A DNA stretch of 64,000 bases from Phoronis australis (lineage: Eukaryota > Animalia > Phoronida). The stretch is from the NCBI GenBank assembly GCA_002633005.1, contig NMRA01000028.1:604535-668534 (forward strand), in the 5' to 3' direction. The notes beneath the pieces are model-generated. The model saw only the letters and a program-made list of their open reading frames with translations, ran no database searches and was not told the DNA's origin. Both the position numbers and the translations under genes were made by a program. Numbering within the stretch: position 1 is the stretch's first letter; every line of letters begins with the position of its first letter. Positions 40,101-51,961 of the stretch are shown in pieces.

Positions 40101-43100
40101 CAATCGTGAACAGAGACCCTCAGGCGGCTGAGATACAGCGACTGAAGCAGCTGGTTGGACAATTGATGGCCAATGGCAGTACAGCTATTGGGTATGTACA
40201 GAACATGCTGGTTAGTGTGGTGTTCGGCGCACAAACATTGTAGGCTTTGGTTTGGAGATGCTCGACACAATTTTAGGTGTTGAACGATTCTTTCATCAAA
40301 CTAGCATTTCTTTTAAAAAGGATCATCAGTCTGGCTTTTGTCAAAACTTATGAAAAATTTCAGCTGTGTTGGTGATTCCATTAAAATCAGGCATGTCAAA
40401 AAATGACAGCTGATGCTTTTGCTTGAGGAGTTCAGTGGGAATTTGTCGTATAGAAGCTTCAGGCATCCAAAACTTTGCAAAACAATTACTGTTGAAGATC
40501 TTCAGCATTGCACTTGTCCCAAAACAATAAAACAATGACAACTGAACATATACAACATTGTATTGTTACACTCTGCAGTGCTGGAGTGAGTACGGAGCGG
40601 CTTGCTGAGCTGGAGGAAGAGAACCGTAAGTTAAGCCAAGAGCTACAGATGTCTGTGGATCAGAATGCAGGTCTTTGTGAGAAAGTGATAGTTCTGGAGA
40701 TGGCTAGAGAGGCACTCAAGTCAAGACTCGAGGAGATGGCTCAACAGGCAGGGTAGGCAGTGTAGTTAATGTTTGGAGGTTGGTGACAAACTGTCTCCAT
40801 GTAGAAGTAGACGTCTGTCAACATCAGTGTTGATTTTTGCTCTAGTTCCAGTTTTGACTTTGTTTATCCACTCGAGTTTGCAAAGTCACTAAATGGGGAA
40901 TCTCCTGTGGTATTATTGATGAATCATCTTGGTCCGTTCACACCAACTACTCTACACTAGGAATTGCTCAGATCATTTAGTATCATAATAATGATTGTCA
41001 ATTGTTTATCATTTTTCCCGTTCATCTACATAACTGCTCATGATGTAATGGTTGTAAACACACCCATAAAAGAAAAGTTTGTTTCTGAATTGTATAATAT
41101 TTCTACTTTCTCATCTCTTCAGTCAATCAACTGACAACGTCAACATTGATGAGTTACCTGACTTGCAGAAAACACTGAATGAACTAGAGGTATGTCATGT
41201 GACTGTTGTAACCTTTGAACTGGAGGTCACATGTCATGTGACTGTATGTTGTAACATTGGAAGTGATTTTGAACAGTGTGTACTTTTTACCCATGTCTAC
41301 ACTGGAATCATCCTTAAACCTTTGTTAGTAACATTGTGGATCACGGTAAAGAATTCACATTATAAAAAAGAAGAAAAGAGGTTTTCATCTTAAGCTCAGT
41401 AGCGCTCAGAAAGTGCGTCCAACGCATAAATTTCCAAATACTGTCAATTGTGCACCCCAAAAGATAAATAAACTTTTAAGTTATGTAAAACTAATTAGCA
41501 TATTGCTAGAGAGTGATTACAGGTGTCGCAATAAGTGTACATAAAAACACTTGCTCAAAACCTGTTTAATTCTTTTACACATTTTGATTTTTCAGAAAGA
41601 AATATCTCTCATAGAAGAAGACAAGGTAAAATTTTGTGTATGCAACTTCCGTAAACATCTTCAGAGAAAAATAGGTTTTATGCGTGTTTGTGTGTGTCCT
41701 TGTTGACTGATGTAAAAGTTGACTTGGTCAAATGTAGATGCGTGGGATTTTTTCTAGTCAAAAATGGATAAAAACATGTCTTTATAGAAAAAATGTATTT
41801 ACACATTCCGTTTTCTACCACTTGATCTCCTGGGGACTGAAAGACGAAAAAAATGTGTTTTCAAATATCATACTTTACTGCTCTCTGTCGGTGTCACGTT
41901 ACTTGTTATTGACTGTGCTATATTCCTGGTTGGATTGTGTCAATGGTTTCTACAGGAGAACCCCATGACTTCTGCCCCAGGGTCCCCATCTTCGGACGCC
42001 CTGTCGGCCAAGTATGCCCTGCGTCAGGCTCAGATGGGCCGGGAACTGCAGGAGTTGAACAAGATGTTGAGTAAGAAGCAGGAGTTGGCAGAACACATGA
42101 AGAATAACGACAGGAGGATGGATGTTATGAAAGTACAGTATGAGGTGGGTAGTGTATACAATGTGAGGTGGGTAATGTCTACAGTGTGAGGTGGGTAGTG
42201 TATACAGTATGAGGTGGGTAGTGTATACAGCGTGAGACGGNATGAGGTGGGTAGTGTATGCAGTATGAGGCGGGTAGTGTATACAGTATGAGGTGGGTAG
42301 TGTATACAGTATGAGGTTGGGTAGTGTTCGGATTTGAATGGTAGACTTCAACTCTGTCTACAAGGTTGGACCCTGTAAGCATACCAACTTCACCCAGTCT
42401 GGTGGCTTTTTATCTACAAGATGGCAATCCACTGATGACATGAGGTCATGATACAATACCAAAACATAAGAGTACTGTAGTTCAATGTGATTACAGACAA
42501 CAATGAAAGAGCTAGAACAAGAAGTTGACCATCTTCAGAAGGAGAAAGAAGAGCTACAAAGTCAACTACAGCAAGTGAAGACTAACAGTAATGCTAACAA
42601 GTAGGTGTCTCCGTGATAGTGCAAAACCAAGTGTTGTTAAGTGTATGTAGGGAGTTGAAAGTGATCCAATATATTTACATGGTGTCTCAACATTGTGGAC
42701 CTGGTTACAAAGATATGGGATTTTTATTGGGTTCATATTTTGAAGCACCCGATATTTAGTTTTTGTACCATTTTGATAAAAGTTGAGACAGGTGGTACTG
42801 GTATGTTGGTCTCACAACTATGCGTGTGTATCACTCTGAAAGTAACTGGAGACGCAGAATGAACAAAAGCTGCCTCGAGGTTTCAAGATGATAACTTGGT
42901 TTGACGCACTCCCCTTGTTGTCTTCCAAGACAAGCGGAAGATAATTGGACCTTGTGTTGATGGTGTAAAGGAGATCTCATCTATCTGCATTATCTTGGAA
43001 AGTTAGTTTTAAATTTAATTTGTTTTGCAGACTAAGTGAACAAAGACGTCAACGTTTGAAGGAGTTGGAGAGTAAGATGGCTGAACTGCGCAAGAAGATG

Positions 43101-46100
43101 TTGGAACAGTCCAAGATTGTCAAGTTGAAGGAACAGACTGACAAACAAGTGACCAAACTCAATCAGGAAATCACGGTATAACTTAATTTGTTGACCGTTT
43201 ATTGTTTAAAGTAAATACTTGTCTAAGTAGTGTGCTGTTCCATCCTTTAGAACAATTATTCAATTTACTATTTGCAAGATAGTTTATTTTTAATACTACT
43301 GACCTTACATTTTTGAGTTCCCGTGACAGGGCTCATATTGTTCCTTTTTTAATAGAATTTCCTCTTTTTTGATTTCAATTTCTTCTTGTTTGATTTCCTG
43401 ACCAGTTTCCTCTTTTTTGTCTTTTTATCATTATTTTGACTTTATTCATGTTAAAACATTTAGGGCTGTTCCAGCAAAATCTGTGTGGGAGGGGGGAAGG
43501 CAACTGAAATAAAAATTTATGGGTGGTTGCGTTTGATTTAAATTCAAAATGGCTGGTGGTCGCACTTCAAAAAAATAAAAATTTACAGGTCGTTGTTTCA
43601 TTGGGCCATAAATGTTTGATGGTGGATAATTTTAGTAAATTTTATAAACCGGACAGAATCAAAAACTGAAACAAAAATGCAACTTGCAAAGAGCTCCGAC
43701 TTATTCACTCCCTCCGATCTCCTCATCGGCATGCCCATAACACCATTTAACCACAGGTGCTCGAATTTCTCGATGGCTAATAACCATATATAAGAAACAT
43801 ATGTTTTCTTAGTAATGAATGACGTTAGTGGTGATGGAGGAACAGATAAACTCAAGCGCCTGTGCAGTCAACCACAAGAATAAAAAAAAATTACGGGTGG
43901 TTGCATTTCAAATTACGGGTGGTAGGCTGAAGAAATAAATGAAAAATATGGGTGGTGGGTGCGAAAAAAGGTGCCTTCCCCCCTCCCATACAGATTTTAC
44001 TGGAACAGCCCTTATTGCAGTTACTTTTTACAACACAAAATTATTTATACATAAGCCAGCCCTATTTATTTGTAATACAACTTATTACCATTGAAATTTT
44101 TCCTCTTTTTTGTCTATTGTTTATTACCGGCCTTTTTGAAACCAAATGGTAATTTTTGTTGTTGGAGCAAACTGCAGTGCATGACCACTAATAATGACAT
44201 TGTCTACATGTTGTCATGCAGTTCATGAACACTAATGACATTGTCTATATGTTGTCATTCAGGATGTGAACACTAATAATTTCACTGTCTACGTGTTGTC
44301 ATGCAGGGCATGAAGCAACAGAGAGTTAAGCTGATGAAACAGATCAAGGAAGACGCTGACTCATTCAGGAAGTGGAAACAAGAGAAAGACAAGGAGATTA
44401 TGCAACTTAAGTCTAAGGTATGTTGTGTTAGTAAATGCAACAACACTTATGCAGTGTATCTATGAACACTAGTTGTCATTTGGAATAACAACATGTTTGT
44501 ATGAAAAACAACATGAAATTTATGACAATAATTTCCCTTTAGTTTTCTGAAGCTGTGTTGTTCGTATGTGCTGATGTTCAGCCACCAGTGCCCTAAAAGC
44601 TTTCTGTCAAACACCCTAAATGATAAGTCGACTGTACATATTCTCTTGTGATGCAAAACTAGCTTTCCTTCAGGATGAGCCCAACATCATCTCAAATATC
44701 TTTTGCGTTCACAATGAGCTTTGTGTGGTCTGACTCCTCACTCTGCATTCCATCACAGGACCGTAAACGACAGTGTGAGATCGTCAAGATGACAACCATG
44801 CACAACCGCCAACAGGCGGTGCTCAAGAGAAAGGCTGAGGAGGCTGCAGCTGCCAACAAACGCCTTAAGGAGGCGCTAGCGAGACAGAACAATATTGAAA
44901 AGGACAAGGATATCACAGGGATTGGAGCCAAGGTCAAGGTGAGTTGGCTGGTTAACGAATATTCATGTTTTTATTGTAACACAATAATCTGGAACTGTAA
45001 TAGTGACTTTGACATACTTTTTGGTATACGGACATTTGTAAGAAACGAACTGTGGTACACTTACAAGGATGTGTGTATGTTAGAAAAAAAAGGTATAAGA
45101 GAACACTCCTGAGATAAGAATTGTCTGGGAGGGTCACTCACTTGTAAAATAACTCCAATCTGTAATGTTGTCTGTAGCTCCTAAAGTCATCATATTGTTT
45201 TCAGAACTTCCTGACTCAAGAAGTTGAAGTTCAAGTGAGTATCAAGACTGCTCAACATCACCTGGACTCACAGATCAAGGACCGTAAACAGCTGTCTGAG
45301 GAGCTGTCACAGTTAAAGAAGCAGGTGACTGAGACGCCACCTACCAAGAAGATAGCGTGGGGTGAGCAGCGGACACCCACTAAAACAGCGGAGGATTGTG
45401 ACATGTTGAGGAGACGGGTGGAGAGTCTGGAACAAGATATAGAGCTGAGGTTAGGCAATATGTTATTGCAGGTGTGTTTTGTCAAAGTTGTGGTGAAAAT
45501 TGGCAACAAAGGCATTGGTGGAAGTCACTCACTAATTGTCGCTCCAATTCTTTTTTGAGCCAGCAGAGACGGAAAACTGTTAAGACTGTAAGTCAAAGCA
45601 AATCAAACAGGTTTTATAACTATCGTGTGAAGTTCCACCCTCAAGGGATTTTGTCACTCTTTATATAATTTCTAGTCTATTTGCACTGTTGGTAGCTAAA
45701 AGTTTTATAGCACATGCCTTTTGCCTCCTTCTTTTCCGTGAAACAACTTTTATGTTTTAAAAACAGGAATTTACTAGAAATGACAAAGCGTGCTCACTGT
45801 CTGTGTTTTGCATTGTTATTCCCTCAGGAACGCCCAGATTACAGATCTCCAGCAGAAGCTGATTGACGCAGACCAGGGTGAAAAAGTCAAGTCTCGGTGG
45901 GAGAGCATTCACACTATGGTGGAGGCTAAGTGTGCCCTCAAGTGGCTTTTTAATTCGGTAGGTACGGTCTGTAGCTCAGCTCAACCCACCAACTTTACGG
46001 AATGCTTCAACTTGTTGCTTTTGATAATTTTTTTCTAATCATTGGATGTATAATGTGTAGAGTTATGGGCAACTCTTGTGATGATTGGTTTACTGGTGAC

Positions 46101-49100
46101 CACGATGGCGTCATGATGGTGGTGGTGATGATGGTGATGACTATGACGGCGACAATGCTTAGAGTCTTGTTCTTTCGTTTCCAAAACGACCTTGTAGATA
46201 AAAGCAAACGATACCAGAGATTATTCTTGGTTTTAGTTTCTCTAAACTCTATACCAGATCTGTTACTTGCATTCGAACTTCCCGTCCATCTGTTTCAGCT
46301 GATAGCCAGTAAGTCACGGGAGGTGGGGCTTCACACAGACATTAGTGACATCAAGTCAGCTATGGATGAGAATAATGAAAAGACAGAGAAGACACAGCAA
46401 GAAATGAAGGAGTTGAAAGTGAAGCACCAGGAGGAACTCACCATCATGCAGAGGGAGCATGAAGATAAGGTGAGCTGAATGGTTGATGAGGTGATCAAAT
46501 ACTTCATGGGCTTGTGATATTTATGAGCAGGTCACCCCAGGTAAGAGCCCACAGGTAGGTTTCCCAGTCAAACATGCAGTGTTTGCTAAGTGCCAGTAAA
46601 GTGTCAAAGTTGAGTTTCTTCACAATCACACGTGTTGGAAAATATTTTTGATTTTGGTGAAATCGTCTGGACATAGTCAAGGACATAGTTTCTCAACTCC
46701 CAGTGGCAGAGCTTGGAATTTTCCGCGGAAACGCGGATTTCAGCTTTTTTCAAATGTTCTGTCCGCGCATTTTATTATATTTCCGCGTAAAAAAAATTGG
46801 ATTTGATATAAAATTTCCGCGGCAAATTCCTTTCTTACCGCGGCATTGCCGACGACGTTCACCTCGAAAAGCTTAAGTTGCTCTTTATGTTTCGGAGGAA
46901 CATAAATTGTCAACATTGCCGGGGCATCTGGGATAGCGTGGTGGGATTTTCAATGGCGTCTCGTGTGATTTTAAACCGCGGTGACAAATACTACGGCTCT
47001 GCAGCCAAAAATGTGTGGAGGTGGGAGTGGAGGAGTGGATGGACGAGATAAAAAGACGCGGGCGCATGCTACTGATGGTGGTAACGTTTCTTTTTTTATG
47101 TCCTACCGATTTTTGTCGGCGAAAGGCTCACATTGACCATTTCAAGGCTGGGTAGCGTGCATGTTTTGGGCTGTAAAAAAGTTTCCGCGTTTTTTGTCAT
47201 TGGTCATTCCAAGCCCTGTAGTGGACAAGTAACAAGTCACTATCGTATTGTTTGCAATACAATGTGATATCCAGTACCACTTGTGTAATGGAGTATTTCT
47301 GTGTATCCCCTGTGTCATTCACAATGCCAATACATTATGGTCATGTGAATCCTAGCATGCTCTTCATTTTGTACCACATGTCTTCAGGTACTGTTCCTGT
47401 TACGTCAACTGAGGACGGCAGAGACAGACGGACACAACACGACCCTGGAGGAGGAGGCAAGACAGAGGCTGACCTTTCAACACAACGAGATTGCCAAGTT
47501 GAGCAGACTGCATGAGAAGCTACAGGCCAAGATCAGGGAGTGTGATCACTACAAGAAGGTACTCAAGTGATTGTATAATTTAGTTTTTGCATTCAGTTGT
47601 CTTCAAGCCGAGTACCAGGCAACGATATTGAATGTTACACGAGTATAAAACCATCAGAGGTTTATGTAAATCTAGTTTGAAATCTTTGATGCATTCCATG
47701 GAGCTAATACATGCGAAACATTCATGGCAAGAGGCTTTGGCTCATGGAATGGAAACCATGTATTCTATTTCACAATTCAGCATCCCAGCCTCCAACCAAA
47801 CACTTCGGGTGCTGCACTTTTGCTAGAGTAAGCTTGTAAGATCCTGAGCATACTTGCAAAATATCATTCATTCGTGTGATTTGTTGTGATCTTGCTTGTA
47901 TGCAAGATTCTTGCGTCGATGGTAGTCACCCCTGGAACAGCACACAAGTTCTTGTGCAGACATCCTTCACTGTAATCAAAACTGGAAAAATTCCGAGTAC
48001 TTGAGCGTGACACTGACAATCATATGGGGACATAATACCTAAGCCACCTTACTGGCAATTCAATTACATCATCTTCTAAAGCTGTTTAAGTCTCGTGGGT
48101 TCATACTTGTTCAGTGCTTCAGATGTAATTATGTGGTAATTCTTCACAACAAGATTTAGAACATCTTATTACAAGCATGAATTGTAGTGTGAAGATGTCA
48201 TAAAAACATTTTCTGAAACTTACATTATTAGTTAAAACGTAATCAGCCTTTGAAAAATAAAAAATGACCATTTTGCAATTATTTTTGTGCAAAATTAGGA
48301 GAATTACGGTAGCAGTTAGGATTAGAACAGTGTTAGCATGTCCACCATAGCTGTTATTACAATACTTGTAGGAACTGACCGTGGCCAAGTATTCTGGTAA
48401 GATGTCATTGATGCCAGAGTTTGGTGCCAAGTCACCATTCCTCTCACCAGCACCACGTATGATCGACTCTGACGGGGATGACCCTGAGTACCAGCCGACC
48501 GATGACGGTGAGGAGTCAGACTACTGGACGCCTCACATCAAGAGGGTGGTCAGGAAGACCCAGCGGCAACGCAAGGTCAGCACAGCGGCGCAGTCTTCTG
48601 GCCAGAGGGTTAGTAAAGAGCGCTGTTCATATCTGTGGTTATTCACGCATTAACTAGTTTTCATGAAGTACACTTGCCACTATAATGCCGAAGGAGTTTA
48701 CAACAAGAAATTCTTTGGCTCAAGAATAGTAAAAAGTTGTCTGTGTAATCCTAGGGTCAAGACCTGGAGATGGTTTATTCAAGCCATACTTTCAACAATT
48801 TTAGCAGTTGGTTGTATGTTTTGAATTGTATACTTGACATGGCTTGTTACTAATCTTAGACAGAATGTGAGGCTACACATTGAAAGAGTGAACCACTGGT
48901 CACTTTGTTTGACAAGTGGAGTTGCTTTGCTTAAAAAATTTACTTGTGATTCATGTATTGTAACTGTCTGTATTTCCAGCGGTCTAGCAGCCCTGTAGGT
49001 GGCAGCTGTAGCTGCCGCGGAGACTGCTCCAAGAAAATCTGTGGATGTCGTAAGCGAGGAGGATTGTGTTCTGAAGATTGTAACTGTCGCATAGAGGCTT

Positions 49101-50437
49101 GCTTGAACAGACACGGCAGTGCACACTTACTGGACTCTACGGATAATGTAAGCAATACCAGTTTGACATGGTTGTATATATCTCCCAGATGACATGTAAC
49201 TCATTCTACCTCACTCATCTTGGTTGTGCCAAGTTCATTAACATTAAGAAGTTCAAACATTTGTGTGTGTGTGTGTTACACTGAACATATGTCTTGACAT
49301 GGACACAGTAGTCACAGTTATCATTAATTGTTCATCCTTGCAATCCAACACGATTTCTAAACTTGGAGTTCTACTTCAGAGGTCAAGAAATGTGAGAAAA
49401 TTATGAATTCAACTACGACACTGTAAAGCTTGCTTACCTTGGACAAGTTAGACTTTCACTTAAAAGCGAAGGCAACCTTTTTTCATGTCTTTTTTTAGCA
49501 AAAATAAGGTTCGTTGGTTATCCCAGACATATTTTCCCCTTAATTACAGCTTTTTGTAATTTGATTAACTATTCGTTCACTGCTCTGGAAGTGACGTTTT
49601 GGTAGGCAAGAATTTCCCGCCTATTTCTTTTCGTATAGTCCGACTGTGAGAGCTTCCCAGTCAGTCATTTTGCTATCTCGCGGTTTTGATAAGTTCGGTC
49701 ATCGTGTGCTTTTGTTTACGAGTCAGTCAACATGCCACACTGTTGCTGCACACGGGGATGTACTCATTATCGGTTGAACATATCAGACATCGTCGCGACT
49801 ACTGCACTGACACACGAACTATTTACACCTCCTAAAACGTCACTTCCAGAGTAGAAAACGAATAATTAATCAAATTATGAAAAGTTGTAATTAAGTGGAA
49901 AATATGTCTGGGATAATCAACAAACCTTATTTTTGCTAAAAATGACATGAAAATAGGTTGCCTTCGCCTTAACTCTGACAAAGTTCTGCAGTACACTTGT
50001 TCCAGCTGGAGCGTTCAGTCCTTCAGATCACCATACTTGGATGAAATCTTTGTCCAGTTTTGCTACATGTGATTTTCAATTAAATTCAAATACTAAGGGA
50101 ACTACTTACCAATGACTTATTTCAGCACCTTTGCCACTTAACACAATTTGTATGATTGCAGAGTCAAAGTTCGCTCAACACCACGTTCAATGTGTCCGAA
50201 AACAAGGAAAACAGTCTTGAATCTCACAGCCCGGCCAAGTCACCAGCAAAGCCCCTTGTCAGCACAGAGAATGTCAACAAGGCGACAAAACTTTCCAAGA
50301 AGTCGTCGTCTGCCTCTGCTCTGTTCAAAAAGAGGTCAAGCAATGATGGGGGTCAGGAAGTGGGAATTCTGGGAGGAGGTTTGAAGAAGAAACGCAAGCT
50401 GCTCAACTCAACAAATTTCTTTAACCCAATAGTTTAA
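31136..50437 (+). CDS. KIF4: Chromosome-associated kinesin KIF4 (kinesin-4)
   Basis: Exons 31136-31244 ([12 protein letters not shown]), 32032-32157, 32716-32867 (P-loop GQTGSGKT), 34015-34101, 34543-34709 (NATSSRSH), 35111-35205 (LVDLAGSE), 35651-35770 ([14 protein letters not shown]), 37121-37334, 37720-37893, 38258-38324, 38727-38756, 39087-39275 [the last five repeated at 39978-42144], 42497-42600, 43031-43175 ([14 protein letters not shown]), 44307-44417, 44759-44938 ([19 protein letters not shown]), 45205-45449, 45828-45957, 46299-46469, 47388-47558, 48372-48608, 48980-49147 (9-Cys CRD), 50162-50437. Confidence 0.96.
33205..33938 (-). mobile_element. Shorter inverted member of the 3952-6335 family
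   Basis: Starts gggcaattccatttgtgacgga (reverse complement of 6314-6335). 33540-33938 is the reverse-complement homologue of ~3952-4360. Confidence 0.75.
36046..36883. mobile_element. PIF/Harbinger-type MITE, absent from the duplicate copy
   Basis: TIR GGGCTGTTCCAG(T/C)AAAAT..; flanks TGA/TAA; the empty site ataattat-TAA-agggattc is visible at ~39733-39751. Confidence 0.85.
39267..39477 (+). repeat. 23-bp minisatellite spanning a KIF4 splice donor (also 42136-42327)
   Basis: (CAGTATGAG|GTGGGTAGTGTATA)n, ~9 copies; the first copy contains the real donor at 39275/76. Both arrays contain or end at an N. Confidence 0.95.
39978..42144 (+). CDS. KIF4: Second copy of five KIF4 exons (probably the alternate haplotype)
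   Basis: Exons 39978-40191, 40579-40752, 41123-41189, 41596-41625, 41956-42144 have the same lengths as copy 1. Differences are mostly synonymous, plus I>V and K>R. Confidence 0.85.
43463..44011. mobile_element. PIF/Harbinger-type MITE of the same family
   Basis: TTA-GGGCTGTTCCAGCAAAATCTG...CAGATTTTACTGGAACAGCCC-TTA; perfect 3-bp TSD. Confidence 0.85.
44173..44314 (+). repeat. 41-44-bp tandem repeat spanning a KIF4 splice acceptor
   Basis: Three units plus the real acceptor; AG at 44176, 44220, 44261 and 44305. Confidence 0.8.
46707..47218 (+). mobile_element. hAT-like internal-deletion element with a 6-bp TSD
   Basis: TIR CAG(A/G)GCTTGGAAT; flanks cagtgg/tagtgg; inverted homologue at 61242-61744. 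Confidence 0.75.
48980..49147 (+). CDS. KIF4: KIF4 cysteine-rich domain exon
   Basis: [35 protein letters not shown] has nine Cys in the KIF4 CRD spacing. Confidence 0.9.
49464..49969. mobile_element. Long-TIR MITE at TTAA (Kolobok-like)
   Basis: ~140-bp inverted arms (gcgaaggcaacc...ctctggaagtgacgtttt / aaaacgtcacttccagag...ggttgccttcgc) flanked by TTAA. Confidence 0.75.
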
Positions 50438-51961
50438 GTCCGAAGGGCTTGCATCATGCGTTGCTTTCAAGACCATTTTGAAATGACCACATCAGAAGCA
50501 GGATTGGACTGTTTAAACTTCAAGCATGTTTTGCCATGTTTAACTGATACTTTAAAGATATGTACTCATTAAGGAAATGGTCATTGTGTCACATGATTGA
50601 CTTATTTTGACTGGAAGTCCTTGCGTGTCACTTTTTAATTTTAGGGTTTGCCAACCCCCCAAAAATGAACAATTTCCTACACATTTCTTGACCTGTTGAG
50701 GACTTGCCAGTCAGATTAACAGGGTGAAATGCACCCTTAACTTTGAAAGTTGAAGTAAGCTTTTTGCAGGCAGCAGCATTTCATTGCTTCTCGTCTCAAA
50801 GCCAGCATACAAAATTGGGAAAATCGTGGGCATTGTGCCCCTAAATGAAGACACTACAAAAGTTGTGTCCCCTACTCAGTGTCTCCAATGTGTCGAGGTG
50901 CAAATTGCAATTTGTACCTGGCAAAAAATACCACAAGTGGTTTGGACTCATTTTGATACCTGCCTCACAAAGTTGACATCAGGTGGCGCTGGGTAAAAAA
51001 TAATTCCAAGCCAGTTCAGCTGGAATCAGTCACTAAACATTTTCTGTTTAAAAATATGGACATCTAAAAATACATGTTTTCAAAAATAATAGAACCAATA
51101 ATGCTACTGTTTTATTGGCAATGAATGCACTTCTAATGCTGATACATTGTTTTGTGCAGCTGTATTCTGTTTCAATTAATTTGCTATCTTAACTGATTTG
51201 TTAATCATGAAGAAATTGAGTTTTCCCACACGAGGAAAAAACTCTCAGTGATCAAGTATTGTTGTTTTACCATTTCCCTCCGTAAATCGAACCAGTTTTT
51301 AACCCTTTCACTTTTATTACCCACACAGATGTCAATGTCTCTTAAAGTAAAACATGTGCCAATAGACGATACATTATACATGATATACATTCCAGTAGTT
51401 CCTTGCCACTTTTACATAGACTTAAAACAATATTAAGATGAAATCCACCTGGCTAATAGTTTGAATGTGTACTTTTGTTGACTGTGAAGAAGAAGTGTTG
51501 AATGTACATAAATGATATCTTAATGAAATATAGTATGTGCAGTACTGACAGTTGTGGAGTCATTGCGTACAAGTACAATACCAATAGTTACTGACACATA
51601 TAGTGCACATAATGCTGCCAAGGTCGCCACTGGACTGGAAAAGGTGAAACATTCCAGTAAAATGTGAGGAAAGGCATTAAATGGAAATGTGTGAATTCAA
51701 AATATGACTCTGTTTTAGTGTCTTCTTATAACAATTTAGCATAGTTTATCAACCTCAACTTGTAAATCACCCATACACAGTGGGATGAGCTTCTCTACCA
51801 GATAGACACCTGCATACTACGAATGGAATTTCGCCACTGCCATATTTCCGATTACCCATTGTCACAAAAATGCACTCAAATTGAACACTGCTAATAACTG
51901 AGAAATGACCAATGCATAAAATGCCATTCATTCAACTGTTGCTCAAACTGTCCATAATGCC

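Larger units (their letters stand above)
35783..42240 (+). repeat. Tandem segmental duplication 35783-39477 / 39479-42240, bounded by single Ns
   Basis: Sequence after N39478 (tttgactcttgtttttctggtagtagc) restarts at 35783. Exons and introns are near-identical. Copy 2 lacks the MITE at 36046-36883. Confidence 0.95.

Noticed and set aside
39978-42144. A second kinesin paralogue
   Set aside because: Only five internal exons with near-identical introns, bounded by Ns and out of phase in tandem.
39081-42382. Minus-strand ORFs with [21 protein letters not shown] repeats
   Set aside because: Translations of the 23-bp minisatellite antisense to KIF4.
46002-46298. 5' part of the 158-aa ORF with a Met/Val-rich hydrophobic run
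   Set aside because: Intronic (GAT/GGT)n low-complexity sequence; the real exon begins at acceptor 46299.
50400-50437. PCNA PIP-box in the KIF4 tail
   Set aside because: Spacing does not fit QxxhxxFF; better explained as the conserved KIF4 FF tail motif.
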